Below, one piece after another: positions 35,716 to 49,689 of a stretch of DNA of 64,000 nucleotides. The notes beneath the pieces are model-generated. The model was not told where the DNA came from. It did no database searches and saw only the letters and a program-made list of their open reading frames with translations. Position 1 is the first letter of the stretch; every line of letters starts with the position of its first letter. Location of the stretch: contig NC_134029.1 in the NCBI RefSeq assembly GCF_964204645.1, positions 11,806,850 through 11,870,849 of the forward strand, read 5' to 3'. Source of the stretch: Tubulanus polymorphus (taxonomy: Eukaryota; Animalia; Nemertea). The position numbers were made by a program, and so were the translations under genes.

Positions 35716-36823
35716 TCATTGTAATTTTGTTTCTAATAAATTTATAAAGTCATCTTGGTTTATATCGAATTCATAATAATGCTTAGGTAGATTTATTAAT
35801 TTTAGTTGAGCCATCAGATAATAATAATTAGTATGTATCTTACCTTCTTTTTTTAATTTTTCAAAGTATTCATCAAAATCAAAATCAAAATGATATCCAA
35901 AATTTTTTATTAGATAACTTAAATCTATTTTTCTCGAATACAATAATTTATATATTTGCCTAGGATTATCTTCTGCATAAGCTAATAATTTATCAAATAA
36001 CAACTTATAGAATATATAATATTGTTTAGTTTTAGGATCAAAATATTGATATATTTCTTTGGGTTATTTAACAATGGTATCATACTTTCATTTTTATAAA
36101 CATTAATTAGATGTAATTTTGATTTATAATGAGTATTTTCATCAACAGGTTCAATTTTCTTATTATAATATTGACACGTTTTATTTCTTTCTATTACTTC
36201 AAATTTCTTTTCATGTTCTTCTAACTCCCTTTCATTTTCTATATGTCCCTGAGATTTTTTATGCTTAGAAAAATTACTTTTAGAAATATCTAAATTACAA
36301 ACATTACAATGTTTTTAAGAATCATCATTTGTTTCATTATCATTAGTTTCAATTGTATCAAATTATCCGTTATATTATCTATGGTATCATTAGTTTCAAT
36401 TGTATTAACATTATCTATGATATTATTATTCTTTTCTTTTTCTACATGTTTCTTTGATTTCTTATGGGTTGCCCAATTTTTATATGATATATATTTCTTA
36501 CATACGTCACAATATTTTTCATTTGTCTTTTTGGTTTTGATATCAAGTTCAATCTTATCATCATTCGATGTAGAAGGTATAACATTATCTTCTATTTTTG
36601 TTTCAATATTATCTTCTATTTTAGATTCAATATTATCTTCTTTTTTAGGTTCAATATTATCTTCTATTTTAGGTTCAATATTATCTTCTTTTTTACTTAT
36701 TCTATATTTGAATTGATTAAAGTATTCTCCAAAATACTTACTATATTCATAAGGTATTATATAATATATATCTGATATCATTTCACTTGGACTTTGTATT
36801 TCATATAACTTACCTGCCTCCAT
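35716..36823 (-). pseudogene. Zinc-finger protein with 8-aa tandem repeats, frameshifted
   Basis: TAAATG start, (KIEDNIEP)-type repeats, YCDVCKKYISYKNWATHKKSKKH and a second CNVC finger in another frame; C-terminal ORF 35716-36003. Confidence 0.55.
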
Positions 36824-36855
36824 TTATTATATAAATTTTTATTAAAACTAAAATT

Positions 36856-37292
36856 TTAATACATAACACTATTAAATTGAGAATTTACAATAGTTAATTG
36901 CGCGTCAGGTATAATATAAATGTGCATTTTGAAATTTAAACTTCCTTTTTTCTTTGTCATAAATAATTGTATCCCATCTTTAGTGTTCCGTAGTTTTTTC
37001 CCAGAACCATGTAATGAAGTATCCTCTGTTGTTCTAAAATCTAACCGTAGTGCATATTTATTACCGGTATAATAATCAATTTGATTAATATTACAATTTT
37101 CAGATGGTTTTATTTTTTCGTTCATAAAACGTTTTCTAATTTCTGGCCATTGATCGATCATTCTCATTCCTTAACAAAATATTTTATTTGCTATGCCTTC
37201 GATAGTTATTTCTACTTTTGTTATTTCAGGATTATAATACTTATCAACCTGTATTGCACCATTAGAATATGTTGCAATGGTAAAAAATATTA
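36856..37292 (-). pseudogene. C-terminal fragment of major capsid protein
   Basis: 53 of 58 residues identical to the MCP of Polinton 1 over MRMIDQ...SGKK (manual count). 5' part is lost. Confidence 0.85.
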
Positions 37293-37473
37293 ATACTGAC
37301 TGCTACTGACTGGCCAGTAGCAGTACTATATCTGACATTTATGAAAAGAACAATATAATTAGTATCTGGTATGTTGTCACCCTGATATAAGTCACATATT
37401 TCATAATCATATATATCTACAATTTCATATTGAATGGTTCATAATATTTCATATCTCTTACTATATGAAATGC

Positions 37474-37512
<39 letters not shown>

Positions 37513-39441
37513 GTAGTATTAATAATGTAATATAACTTATGAATATAGTATCAATATGTGCTTTATAGTAATCAACATGTCAGACTACTCAATATGTATT
37601 CAAAGTAATTAGCTCTTGTCAGTGCTCATCATTAATTAATTTACGTCTCTCAAACATGTCACTAGGTGTTAGTTTGTGAGTCCTGATGTCTACAACTTGT
37701 CTGACACCTAGTTCTCACATTATTCTCATGATTCTGTATATAAAGAAGATGTAAAGTTATGATAATCATTCTCATTCCGGGATGCAATAAAGATTGTACA
37801 TATAAGGTTTAACTGCCTTGTTGTTCCTGATGGATGGAATCCTGTACCGCTGGTGTAAATGCTAGTTCCCCAGCCAGCCTGCCGATACAACAACCAGCCG
37901 GTTACTATGTCAACAGAGTAGCCAATTGAACAGACAAACACATGTTGTCTTAAAGAGTTAAAAACAGAGCCAATGGAATTCAAATGACTCTCTGAATACC
38001 AATTACAACATGCAAAGCAACGAAATATCTCAGGGGTCATTAAGTTGTACTTTTCACCTAAAGATCAATACCGCAATGTAGTGATTATTTCTAAGAACTC
38101 TTTCACTGCATTTTTCAGTTCACTCGAATATGAGTTAATACATACAAGCCGAAGCCATTTTTTCTCATCAGAGTCTACTTGTTGTTTAATAGCCTTCGGG
38201 GAAAACAACTAACGACACACATTTAAGCCGCTAATACACCCCACTCAAGTTTCACAATCCATTCAGCTTCGCCCTGTTTTCTTTATATATTTATCAGAGA
38301 CGTACACAAATTTTCTGGTAGTAGAAATGAAGCAGCAAGTGGTTCACGTATTAACACTCCTCACAAAAGTGAAATGGCGTTGCCGTAGCAGTTGGTGGAA
38401 ACTTTAGACCAGCTGCTTGTAATCGAGTGAGGTTACTGTATCTATATATAGTAGGACTCTCCAAGTTGTAATTCATTGTCTAAATTGATGATCTACAAGA
38501 TTAAATGATAATGTTTCACGAATTTCATAAACCAGGGTTTGAACTAAGAAAAAAATTCCACTAGTCCAAGGGGCGAGTGGATTTCTTATCACTAGTTCGA
38601 CTTAACATCTACTAGTCCTATCTGAAATCAATGCATACAGGCTAGAAAGCAACACAAATACGCAGCGAATTGCGTCTCATAGATATTTTAAATGGCCTAG
38701 TCCGACAGGCTGGTAGATATTAAAATCCACTAGACCGATCGTATAAATTCATAAGTCCCGGACTGTTGAGTTTATAGATGGATTATTTTCAATCAAATTT
38801 AATTTATTCGATTTTCGTCGGTTCAGTTATAGATTCATTTATCTGCATGTTTCTGGCGCATACACGCCCCTCAGTAAATTCAGGCATTCATAACTTGGGT
38901 TTGGATCATGGCACCCAATATAAGAAATAAGCTGCCAAATTCTTCTGTAAGTAACTTTTATTTAGCTTGTACTATCCTTTGTTCTTCAAGTTAAATGTTA
39001 AATCTGTAGTTTAAATGTGCCTTATAATATGTGTTTTGTAGAAACGGCAATAAAAGAAAGAATGACGTCAGTTTAGAAGATCAATGGTAGTAATTGGGAA
39101 TAAGTTGGTTCAGGCCAAAGGTCGAGAGGTCGAGCGAGTAGAAAATGAAAAATAAATTCTCGCAAGCTCGAATCTACTCGCTTGACTCAACCTTTGACCT
39201 GAACCAACTTATTCCCAATTACTCTAATATTTTCATATATTAAAAGTGTGAGTAAAGTGTTAGCATGATAATTTAGATAAATAAGATCAAATATAGATTT
39301 CGAATAGTAAAAAATCAATAATAAACATAGAAGTGTGATTGAAATAATTCATATTTTAAACATATTTTAATAGTTATATTTGTAAGAGTTAGATTTTTTA
39401 ATATTTTTAGTGTAAGTAAAGTGTGAGTAAAATAATTTAGA

Positions 39442-41072
39442 TTTTTTGGTTTACCTTTGTCAGCAGTATGAGGTTGGCATTGAGCCAATTCATGTAAAAT
39501 CGCGGTACGTTTTTTTATGTGAGCATTTTTTGCATTGGTTCTCGGGTTAAACGACGTATAATCGATGCGATTGAAGACATGACGAACCTCCGTCGATGAC
39601 ATGGTCAACTCTGTTTAAATTCGACGAAAAACTGTTTTTGGCGGGAAAATTCTTAGCTCTTGCGTATAAAATTGCAATGACCTCGATTGGGGGGCGTCGT
39701 CTCTACGAGCGAATGTGATTGGCTGTTTTTGGGATACACGGGGAATTCCGGCCCTACTAAAATAATTATGGGGAAGCCATTTATGGCGAACGTTTCATTG
39801 GACTAAGTGCGAATTTTAAATGCTCATTGCTGGTGAGAATATAATTATTTCACATATCGCCATAGGTATTGTTTCGTTTTAATACCCATTGATTGAGATT
39901 GAAGTGAAGCGAGCGTTCACTACACAAGGCCTCCACGTGCGCGGGACGGGAGTGCTAAACATTAGACTGTTGCACACAAACACACGCTCATACAGACTAC
40001 TATATGGAGATGCTGTAACGCTGCTTGGCGCGTGCACGTTTTGTATGATAACAGGCTGAATAATCGTCATAGCAGAAGATGAGCGCTGTGTTTTCTGTTT
40101 GATAGAAGTTGTAAGAAATTGTAATTTCTTGTGACCTGAAAATACTAAGCAGCAAACTATAGGTATAGGTCGAGGTCTGAATATTGTAGCGGTAAATTCC
40201 AGGATTCAAAACGATCTAATACTACGCCCCGGTGTTTTAGCTTCCGCGGCCATACATTGGCAGGCGCCGATCCAGGGCCATACAGTGACTACAGCACAGT
40301 GAAAAAGGGCACCAACTGAAAAGGGCCAGTATTAATGCCCAGCGAGCGAGTTTGAGTTTGAGTGCAATCGTATCATGCCACTAAATGTGTCTTCACATTC
40401 AATTCGCTTTTAGCCTTTTTTAGGTATTTGGTCAAAATTTGCCATTTCTCGATTAAATTTATAGAGCGACAATAATTTATTTTTTAGAATAGTGCCCTTT
40501 TGAGTAAAAAATGCCTTAGATTGCCTTTTATGATTTTGGGCAATTTATTTCATCCACATTTCGCTTTAGGCCTTGTACAGAAAGGCAATTATTTTTTATG
40601 ACGCACAAATTGTGTGCCCTTTTATTTACTTTTTTCCCGAAACATAAATTTTTCAAGGGCATTTGAAAACTGCGACTACCGCACGTGCTGCATGTGCGAT
40701 AGTCTGGATCCGCACCTGATTGGAAGAGGTTTCGTTTCCAAGACTCAATATTCAGCCACCCTCTGATATGTGACATCATATGAATTTTATTTGAATATTT
40801 TTTCATATTGTGAAATTATTTTTTTTAAATATAAAATAGTTTCCAATGCCGCGTCTATCTGTACCCTACGAAATTTTGGACGTAGACCATAAACAAATGT
40901 TTATCTTTGGTCTTATTTGACTACAAAATAATTCTTTAAGAAAAATAAAATACAATATAAACTTCTAGAACTTTGAAGTCACGAATTAAAAAGATTTTTT
41001 CAAGCAATGCCCTTACTCGAAACAACCTCTAGCTTTCAAGGTAAACCACACTTTGCCCATGGGCAATTTATT
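39442..41072 (+). mobile_element. Helentron-type non-autonomous element, family C
   Basis: 5' T-run plus tggtttacctt; 3' subTIR aaggtaaacca plus palindrome ttgcccatgggcaa. A second copy is at 56198-57227. Confidence 0.75.
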
Positions 41073-41226
41073 TTATATTTAACGTGTGAGTAAAGTAATT
41101 TAGATTTTTTAAGCATAAAAGTGTGAGTGAAGTGTTAGTAAAATAATTTAGATTTTTTAAGCATAAAAGTGTGAGTAAAGTGTGAGTGAAATAATTCATA
41201 TTTTAACATTGAATATTCATATTTGA

Positions 41227-41897
41227 ATGAGTAAGATTCATTTTAATAAAAGTTTTGTTATAAAAGTGAAGACAGAAGAAGAAGAACCGAAATTCAAAAT
41301 CGAAATCAATGAAACCAATAAATTATTTTCACAGTTTAACATTAAAAATTATATCTCAGCATCAAATTTAGTGTATTGAAGACAATATAAAATTGTTAAT
41401 ATTACAGTAATTAATCAAATATTGTCAAATGAAAAATATTTAATTAGTGAACTAGTAGATACTTTTGATAATGGTGCTAAAAATCCTACAATATTTAATA
41501 CAGTTTTAAATCATAAAGGTAATTTAGATGAAAACGTAATAAATATTCTTAAAACTCCTTTCAATGAAAGAAATGATGATATAATACTTTCTAAAAGTTA
41601 CAATGATTTGATTAACTTAAGAATTGAAAAACGACAATTATATTATTTTAATTCTAATAATTAACAAATTATCTATAATGAAAATTCATCAAATATTGGA
41701 ATTCAATGCGAATCGGTTAATAATAATTCTTATAAAGATATTGGAATTCAATGTAATTTAGATGATGAATTTAGAAAATTCAATCCTAATGAAAAAGTGT
41801 ATTGTGATTGTGGTGGTAAATATTTAGAATCACATAAATCAAAACGTTATCAAACAATTAAACATATCAATAATGGAAAGAATAATATTATATATTG
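41227..41897 (+). pseudogene. Decayed paralog of the 60333-60992 ORF
   Basis: FKIEINETNK...DTFDNG.KNP.IFNTVLN.KG.LDEN...LRIEKRQLYYFN, with in-frame stops. Confidence 0.8.
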
Positions 41898-43175
41898 AAA
41901 TAAGATTAAGCTGTATGTTTCAAATATATAATAGTTAAAACATTGTGAAATTAGTTAATGAATAACTGTTAGACTGTAAGTTAAATTGTTATTTGATTTA
42001 ATCATTTTAAATTTTAATATTTCCAAAAATGATTATAAAATATTAAATATTAATTAATTTTTTAATTTTTTTTTCTTAAGGTTTCATTCCAACCGGAAGT
42101 AGTGATTTAAAACATTATATAGTTGCTGTAGGTTTAATATTGGCTGCGCTTTACTTTTACTATGAAAATATTAGTAAGGATTTGATGAATGAAAATATGA
42201 AATTAAGCAAGAAATTTAAGACGTTAAATGGAAATAATTATAAAAATAAAAAGAATAAAAAGTTAATTTAGAAAATGATTAAGAGGATTAAGACAGAATC
42301 ATTTTATTTTATATATTTTAACTAAAAAAATGAGTGAAAGTAAGGTATTAGAAATATTACATCTTATTTACAGAAATCAAGAGCGCATTAAGTTAATCAT
42401 TATGGTTTCTGGAATGGTTTCATTTTCAGTTTATAGTTTGAAACAGTTATTGGATTTCTATGATAATTGTAAGATTAAATATACAGAATTAATAGATAAT
42501 ATAAATTATCTATCAGATCCACGTATACCATATACTAGCGCTTTCTGGCCGACACATAAGATTTAAAGCTGCATCCGCAGCCTGACAAATTCAAGGAAAT
42601 TCATTAGATCATTAGGTTAAACACAATTCCTACAATGGCTTCCAAAATCAAGTGAGCTAAACGCTGTTAATGAACACGGTACCTGAATCCTGTTTTCTAC
42701 TTGATTCTCAACCTGAATCCTGTTTTCATAGCATAGAATCTAAAAACTCAAAACTTTTTGCAAAACCAAGTTTGATTTACCCTCTGAATTGCAGTAGGCC
42801 TAAGCATTTAAGGTAAAAAGTTCTATTGGAAAATCAATGATGAAAGCACTTACTCTTACTACAACCATTCTCACGCCAGTGCTGTTGATCCTGGAACTAA
42901 GTTGGTTCACAGTTCTAACAATACGTTTTACAACACAACTACAAACAAAACAAGGAGCCTATCGGCTTATACGCTGTGAGATTTGAAGAAATAGAAGCTG
43001 CATACCTAGGGGAGCCCCCTCTTGGCCAAATCCAAAAAGGGATCTGTACTGTAGGTATTGGAACATAGAACATTCATACCAAATTTGGACTTGATCTGAT
43101 TAAAACTGTAGGACTAATAGCAATTTGAGGAAATAGAAATTCCACCCCCACGGGCGCCCCCTGATGGACGAATCA

Positions 43176-43800
43176 AACAAGAGGCCCATGGGCCTTGAAG
43201 CATTGGTAGATTATGCTGTGGTATAAAGTGGTTATAATGTTTTACATCTGCCGGCAAATCTTCTATGACGATGTTGATTGGGAGGACCACAGACTTAAAG
43301 GTCTATTTGTCTAGTGAGATTTTATTCCTGAAAATGAATTTATTTTCTGCCAAACGATTTAGCCTAGGCTATTTGTACTGTTAAACCTCATTAATGCGAT
43401 TCTGTTAAAAAGACGAAACTAGTTTATTCTGATGTTTTCCATCATGTCCCAGCCAAGATATTTATATCAATCAAGATTTGGATACAAAAACCCATTTTTA
43501 CGCATGAACTGTTAGGCCCCACTGAATAATGAAAACAAAAACAGAACGATTTTTCTGAATGCAATTGCAAGACCCTCTGATCTTAGAGCTACTAGTTAGT
43601 TACCTAATCGTTGGTGGTAAGCATTTTATAATCGGATGGGTTTGTGAAAATATCCGATCGTGAAACTAAACCACAGTCAGGTTACTGACTACATTAACGC
43701 ATGCAAAACGTCGCAGAGAACGATGCCGGCGTTGGTGTCACTGAGGCCGGCTGATGATTGTTTGTTTGTCTTTTTGTTTGTTTGGCTTTATGAACGTCTA
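43176..43800. repeat. Uninterrupted copy of the repeat split at 968-1107 / 3350-3740
   Basis: Direct sequence identity. Confidence 0.8.
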
Positions 43801-45054
43801 AATTCCAGCTCTTTAAACCTCATCACTGCATCAGAATCAAGGAGTTTCGCCACTTGTTATTTGGAATCTTATTTCATGACGATTAGTGCTGGATTCGTTT
43901 AACCTCTTTGATTCGTGATTGACGATACATTCTGAAATTAAATCAATATAGATATACTAACAATTAAACCTGGATTGACTCTTCAATTCATGTTTCATCC
44001 GTTTTTCAAACTGACCATGATACAACAACAATTCATTCTGTGCATGTTGAGCTCAATTCAATACGTATAACTTCTAATTCTTAAGAAATCCTGAGTACTA
44101 TCTCAGAAAAAATCTTCATCAGAACAAAATCAATGACCTACAATAGACAATCAACAGAATATTTGTAAATAAGTATTCATTTACTGTTCACAAGTTTTAA
44201 AAGACGGCTGAAGTGAAGGTACCTGTCGTATAATAATATTTTCACCACAATGAAATTGACTGCTAATGTCCAGTGTCACGTTCAGAATTATAAATTAATC
44301 ATCTTAAGTGAACAAACAAATTCCAGTGTCGTGGCCTCTGCTGCATGGCTGGTTCAGTTCAGTATGTCAGTGACAGTAGAGATTGGTTTTTATCCATCTC
44401 AAGTTCGTTGTTGTCGATTGACGACGGTTTCTTCAAGCAGGGTAGATTTAGACGGCGCTGTTATGGAGACATCCTGAATTGTATATCGCTATTTTCAAAG
44501 CCACACGTAGGACAGGTGCCCGCAGAAGCGTTACCTGATAGTTTTGGTCGAGTTTCTTTCTTCATTGGTGTGAAAATCGACTTTAAAGCGGTCCATGGAA
44601 CGTAAATCGAGACACTGTGTAGGCGGCCATGTTACATTGTTCACGTGATGAAATACTGAAATCTGATTTGATCCGTATATTCCGCGGAAGATGGCGGACG
44701 GGTTAAACCTGTCCTATTCTGACTGCGAATGCAGGTGGCGCAGAATTGGACAGGCGACCATTATTCAGGACGCTTAATTGGTTGCACGACCACCACCACC
44801 TTTTCTATCAGGAGCGTAGCGAAGATGGCTGCTGATTATTTCGTCAACTTGAAATTTTGTTACGTTGAACTGCAACTGAGCAGCTTAAAATGATTGTCAT
44901 GTCAAATACAAATTACTCGTAGCTTGAATAATTCCATTACACCAATGGCAATCAATGATCGATTAACAAAGTTTCTCAGCCCATACTCAGAACTGTCAAT
45001 CCTTAGATATACACTACACTATCTATTTCAATTTATCTACTTAATTTGAACAGA

Positions 45055-45572
45055 ATTTATCAACATCAACATTAATCAAAAGTTCAATTGAATTCTCATT
45101 CATTACAAATGTCTCATTTCTACGAAGACACTTGACTCTACTTGTTTCTATACCGAAGTATACATAGTGACCCCCACAAAGTTTACGGCAATCTTTTGGT
45201 AATTCATGTCAATGAGCTCGGAGAATTGCGAGCAGTTTAAAGTTTGCCTCTGTGCATTTACTCACAACTCCCCATCCTGCCAATTGCTGGGCCAAGCTTG
45301 CATCGTCAACATCATTGTCAGTAGAATTCGCGTCATACCAGTACGGACAGGGATCAGAATCAGAATCAGAATCAGTAAAAGCATCTTCAGTTAACTCTTG
45401 TGCACTGCCCGATTGTTCATTCAAGGTCTCAGAGTGTTCCTATATCTGAGGATGTTTCTTTGTGTGAGGGTGGTTCTATATCTGAGGGAGGTTGACTATC
45501 AGAACTATAAACTTCACTAACTAAATCTTCACGCAGTTTAGCATCGATAAAACGCCATTTCTTGAGAGACAT
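45055..45572 (-). pseudogene. Remnant of a CMC/EnSpm-like transposase N-terminal region
   Basis: LAQQLAGWG...LLAILRAH*HELPKDCRKLCGGHYVYFGI...IELLINVD matches the LPxDxRTL...GxYxxFG...LxINxDG pattern. Confidence 0.55.
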
Positions 45573-45872
45573 CATTCGAGTTAAAACAGCAACTGGAAAT
45601 GATAATAATTCGACTAAAAGGATTGTGCCGGGAGTCGGTCGTCGATGTTCACAAAAACATTTTCAAACAATTTAGTGTTACTTATACGTTTTGTGAGTTA
45701 TTGTTAATATTCATGTTATTTTTATAATCATTACGTGAATATTTCCGTGTACATAATCATATCAACTCTTTTGGCTATATTCTAAGCCCGGTTAGCTTCG
45801 TTTTAAGAATTAAAATCTTTTTGCAAGTTTGCGAAGTTCTAAGGCTATCCAAGGTCACCTGGTGACCATATA

Positions 45873-47133
45873 AACAAGGGGTCCAGGGACACCATGCCCA
45901 ATAAGAAAGTGGTTTCAAATGCTCAACAATCTAACCAATTTCAATATTCAATGCCCCCTGGTGACCATATACAAAGACCAATGACCTTGAAACTCATCAC
46001 AATCATAAAACATGTCAGCAGCTACGATTTTGTAATCGATTGTGATAACAAAATATGCCTCGTTACCAATTTAATATGGAAATACCAAGTTATTCTACTA
46101 TTCAACGCCCCCTGGTGACCATATTCAAAACCCAATAACCTTGTAACTCACCACAATCATAGAACATGCCATGAACTACAACTTTGCAGTTGATCATGGT
46201 AACAAAATATGCCTAGGTACCAATATAAAAAGGACATGCTAGGTTATTCTACTATTCAACGCCCCCTGGTGACCATATAGAATAACTAATTTCCTTAAAA
46301 CTCATCACAATCATAGACGATGTTATGAGCTACAATTTTGCAATTCATTGTGGTAACAAAATATGTATTGGTACAAATATGATATAGAAATACTATGATA
46401 TTGTATTATTCAACGCCCCCTGGTGGCCATATTTAAAAACCAATGAACTTGAACTCACCACAATCATAGAACACGTTATAAGCTACAACTTTCTAATTCA
46501 TTGTTGTAACAAAATATGCTTAGGTATCAATATAATGTTGAAAAACTTTTCCCCACCTACGAATGAGTATTAATAACACCAAGATGGCCGCCAATTGCGT
46601 CATAATTGGCTTATCAAAAATACCTGTCTCTGGTATAAAACATCCCTTTCCAAAGAATACCCATCAGCAATTGAAATGAGAAATGGCAAACCAGTAGGAA
46701 GTTACAGGACCCAGAATTCTGGCCAAAATTGACATTTTTGGGCACTTAAAAGGTCATAGAATGGCCATCTTGAGTTCGATCGACCCAATTTTTCTTAAGC
46801 TGATGGATCCTTCGAGGATTCAAATATATACGAAAGATCAAGGTAATTGATCAAAGTGTCTTCAAAATTTCCCTCAAAAACTTCAAAAATGTGTGTAAAA
46901 AGTGCTGATTTTGGCGAACAACAATGGCTGCCAGTCGGCCATCTTGATTCTGACAGGGCCAGTTTTTGGGCTGAAGATGTGTCTAGGGTAGAAACATTTG
47001 TAACCCAAATATCAAGACATTACATTGAAGTGTCTTCAAAACTTCCCAAAATAACTGGAATCCGTCTACGGACGGACGACGGACGAAAAGTGAACGCAAT
47101 AGCCCGCTGGGACTAGTCCCAAGTGGGCTAAAA
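45873..47133 (-). mobile_element. HINE family A copy
   Basis: Reverse complement of 8219-9434 including both ends. Confidence 0.8.
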
Positions 47134-49070
47134 GGATGTCCCCTGTTCCTTCAGCATGTTCTGTATTCAGTGACTGACGCGGCTGAGCTCACCTCGCAGT
47201 AGATTTGAATCCGGGATTTCGATCCTTGTTAGTTTGTGTTCCGAGTACCAGGTAAGTTATCAGCGGATTCATCTGATACTTACAGCAATTAATGTCTTTT
47301 CGTCCGTTGTAAATTTTCCTTTTGTTTGTTGGTTACATTGATGATTCATTGACTATCAGATGCTATTGTAATCATTCATACCAGGGCAATTTTGATATCG
47401 CTCGAAGCATGCAGATTCGAAGAGACGCCATCTTAAAGACGAAGTAACTTGCTTCTTTACATGTTTGACATTATTTGACATGCATCGAAAATGTAAAGTG
47501 GAGGATGGGCACAACTGGTCTCTAATTGAAGATGGAGACCGGTACCAGTCTACCCCGCTGGTGGAGGCCATTTCGCGAATTCATTTTTCACAAGAGACCC
47601 GCGCAGGCGCAGTTATGAAACTCACGACTATCTTGATCGCCGATAGAAAATGGCCGCTTTTTAAATAGTCGTTCTATATAGAGATTCCAGGGCGTAAAGG
47701 TGTTTACAGTGTCCAGTAGGCTTAGGTATAGGATTAGGGTTTTAAGGGAAAAATTATAGGTAAATGTAATAAATGTAGATATAGTGAAATGTTGCTTAGC
47801 CGGCACTAGAGCTGTGCGTGCATGTTCGAATCCCATTTTTGAATCAACTTAGATTTTTCTAAGACGACTAAACATAAAACTGATAAAGATAAGAACTATT
47901 TTGAGATTTACTGTAAACATGTAAATTGGTGATATCTTACCTGCTAAAAAGTGAACTATAGGCAATTCTGTTCTGTTAACTGCTCCATGAATAACTGCTG
48001 TAAGTTTTTGATGGATCCGTATATTCTGAATTCTAAGTTGAAGTACATTACTCTTTGCTGTCAGAGAACTAGACGTTTTTTGAAATCATTTTGGTTGACC
48101 TATTGTCCTAGGCATTGGTATGCCTACAGGCCTTCCTAATTTGGGTTTTATTTTCTTAAGGTAATGATGGGCAATTTACGGATCGATATTTTCAGTTCAG
48201 TCAAGCTTGCATGCAGTGAATCCGAAAACACTTAATCTTAAGATCGTCGACAATTGTTATACAATTTGACTTATAAAAAGTTTTATTTTTGATGCACTAA
48301 AAATAATTTGTTTGTTTCTTTCTTTAATTGCGGTAATGTGATTTTTCTCTCTCAAGTAGACTTCTTCGCTAGACCACGTGGGTTTGTTATTGTTATTGTT
48401 TGCGTCTTGCGAAAATGGTTTGCGCACGCGCCGGTCCCTTGTGAAAAATAAATTCCCGCATGACCGGCAGCCCACTTCAAAACTTAAGTTACTACATGTA
48501 ATATGTCGGAATTTAAAGCAATTTTTTAGCCAGCTCTTCTAAATCAATTAATAAAAATAGGTCCACGTTTATTGGCGTCAATATCACCATGACTATGCCG
48601 TGCCTGCTGGCTGTAAAGATGACATAGACAGAAGGCCAACTTACCTGCAGCATGCCAGACATATGAGGCTCGGTCTTAAAGTAAATTGGAGGAATTACTT
48701 TTTTGTACATTTCATTTTGAAACATATTTCAGTAATGTTTATATCAGATTACTTGATGTCAATCATACAGCCGGTCGCTAATTGGTACTGTGGGTGTAGA
48801 TTTCCGCATTTTGAACCCACATTTTCTTCAAAATGAGATGAATCATTGAACAAATCGGACACAATAAATCGCCTATCATACGTACGCCTCGAGTATCAGT
48901 TTCGTGCTAGAAATTATGAATATCAACCTATTCAATTCTGTCGCCATTTCGTTTGTGAAAGAACACGCACCTGCTGATTCCCTCATTAACATATTCAATG
49001 CGATGACATGATGGAGGTCAAACGGAGTCAACACAAATCAAATATAACCGAGATTTTAAGGGGTTTCGTA

Positions 49071-49689
49071 TGATGGCTGATTCGGGCCGTGTAAAAAAAA
49101 ATCACAAATGGTGCAAATTTTTTTTTACAGACGCCTAAAAGTCGTTTTATCGCGCAATAAAACGAAAATTACCACGTTAAAACGAGAAATTTATCGCGCA
49201 ATAAAACGAGAAAAAGTCGTTGATAAAACGAACTTTTTCGTTCTATTGCCACGTTAAAACGAAAAATAGCGCGATGAAACGATAATTACCGCGTTAAAAC
49301 GAGAAAAAGTCGTTTTATTGCGCGATGAAACGAGAAAAAGTCATTTTATCGCGCGATAAAACGAGAAAAAGTCATTTTATCGCGCGATAAAACGAACTTT
49401 TTCGTTTTATTGCCACGTTAAAACAAAAATAGCGCGATAAAACGAAGATTACCGCGTTAAAACGAGAAATCGTCGTTTTATTGCGCGATAAAACAAGAAA
49501 AAGTCGTTTTATCGCGAAAAGTCGTTTTATCGCGCGATAAAACGACTTTTTCTTGTTTTAACGTGGTAATTTCTCGTTTTAACGTGGTAATTTTCGTTTT
49601 ATTGCGCAATAAAACGACTTTTAAGCGTCTGGAAAAAAAAATTTGTAACGTTTGTGATTTTTTTATTACATGGCCCGAATCAGCCACCA
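49071..49689. mobile_element. Foldback MITE with TA TSD and internal palindromic tandem units
   Basis: ta|tgatggctgattcgggcc...ggcccgaatcagccacca|ta; interior ttttatcgcgcgataaaacg repeats. Confidence 0.75.

Larger units (their letters stand above)
39089..42510 (+). mobile_element. Polinton-related terminal remnant, interrupted by a HINE
   Basis: Begins agtaattggg with a 135-bp hairpin, then gtgtgagtaaa repeats and AT-rich ORF relics. Confidence 0.6.

Noticed and set aside
36309-36716. 135-aa hydrophobic ORF
   Set aside because: Antisense of the Lys/Glu/Asp-rich repeat ORF 36290-36823.
37726-38040. 104-aa Cys-containing ORF
   Set aside because: No recognisable domain, splice context or paralog in the window.
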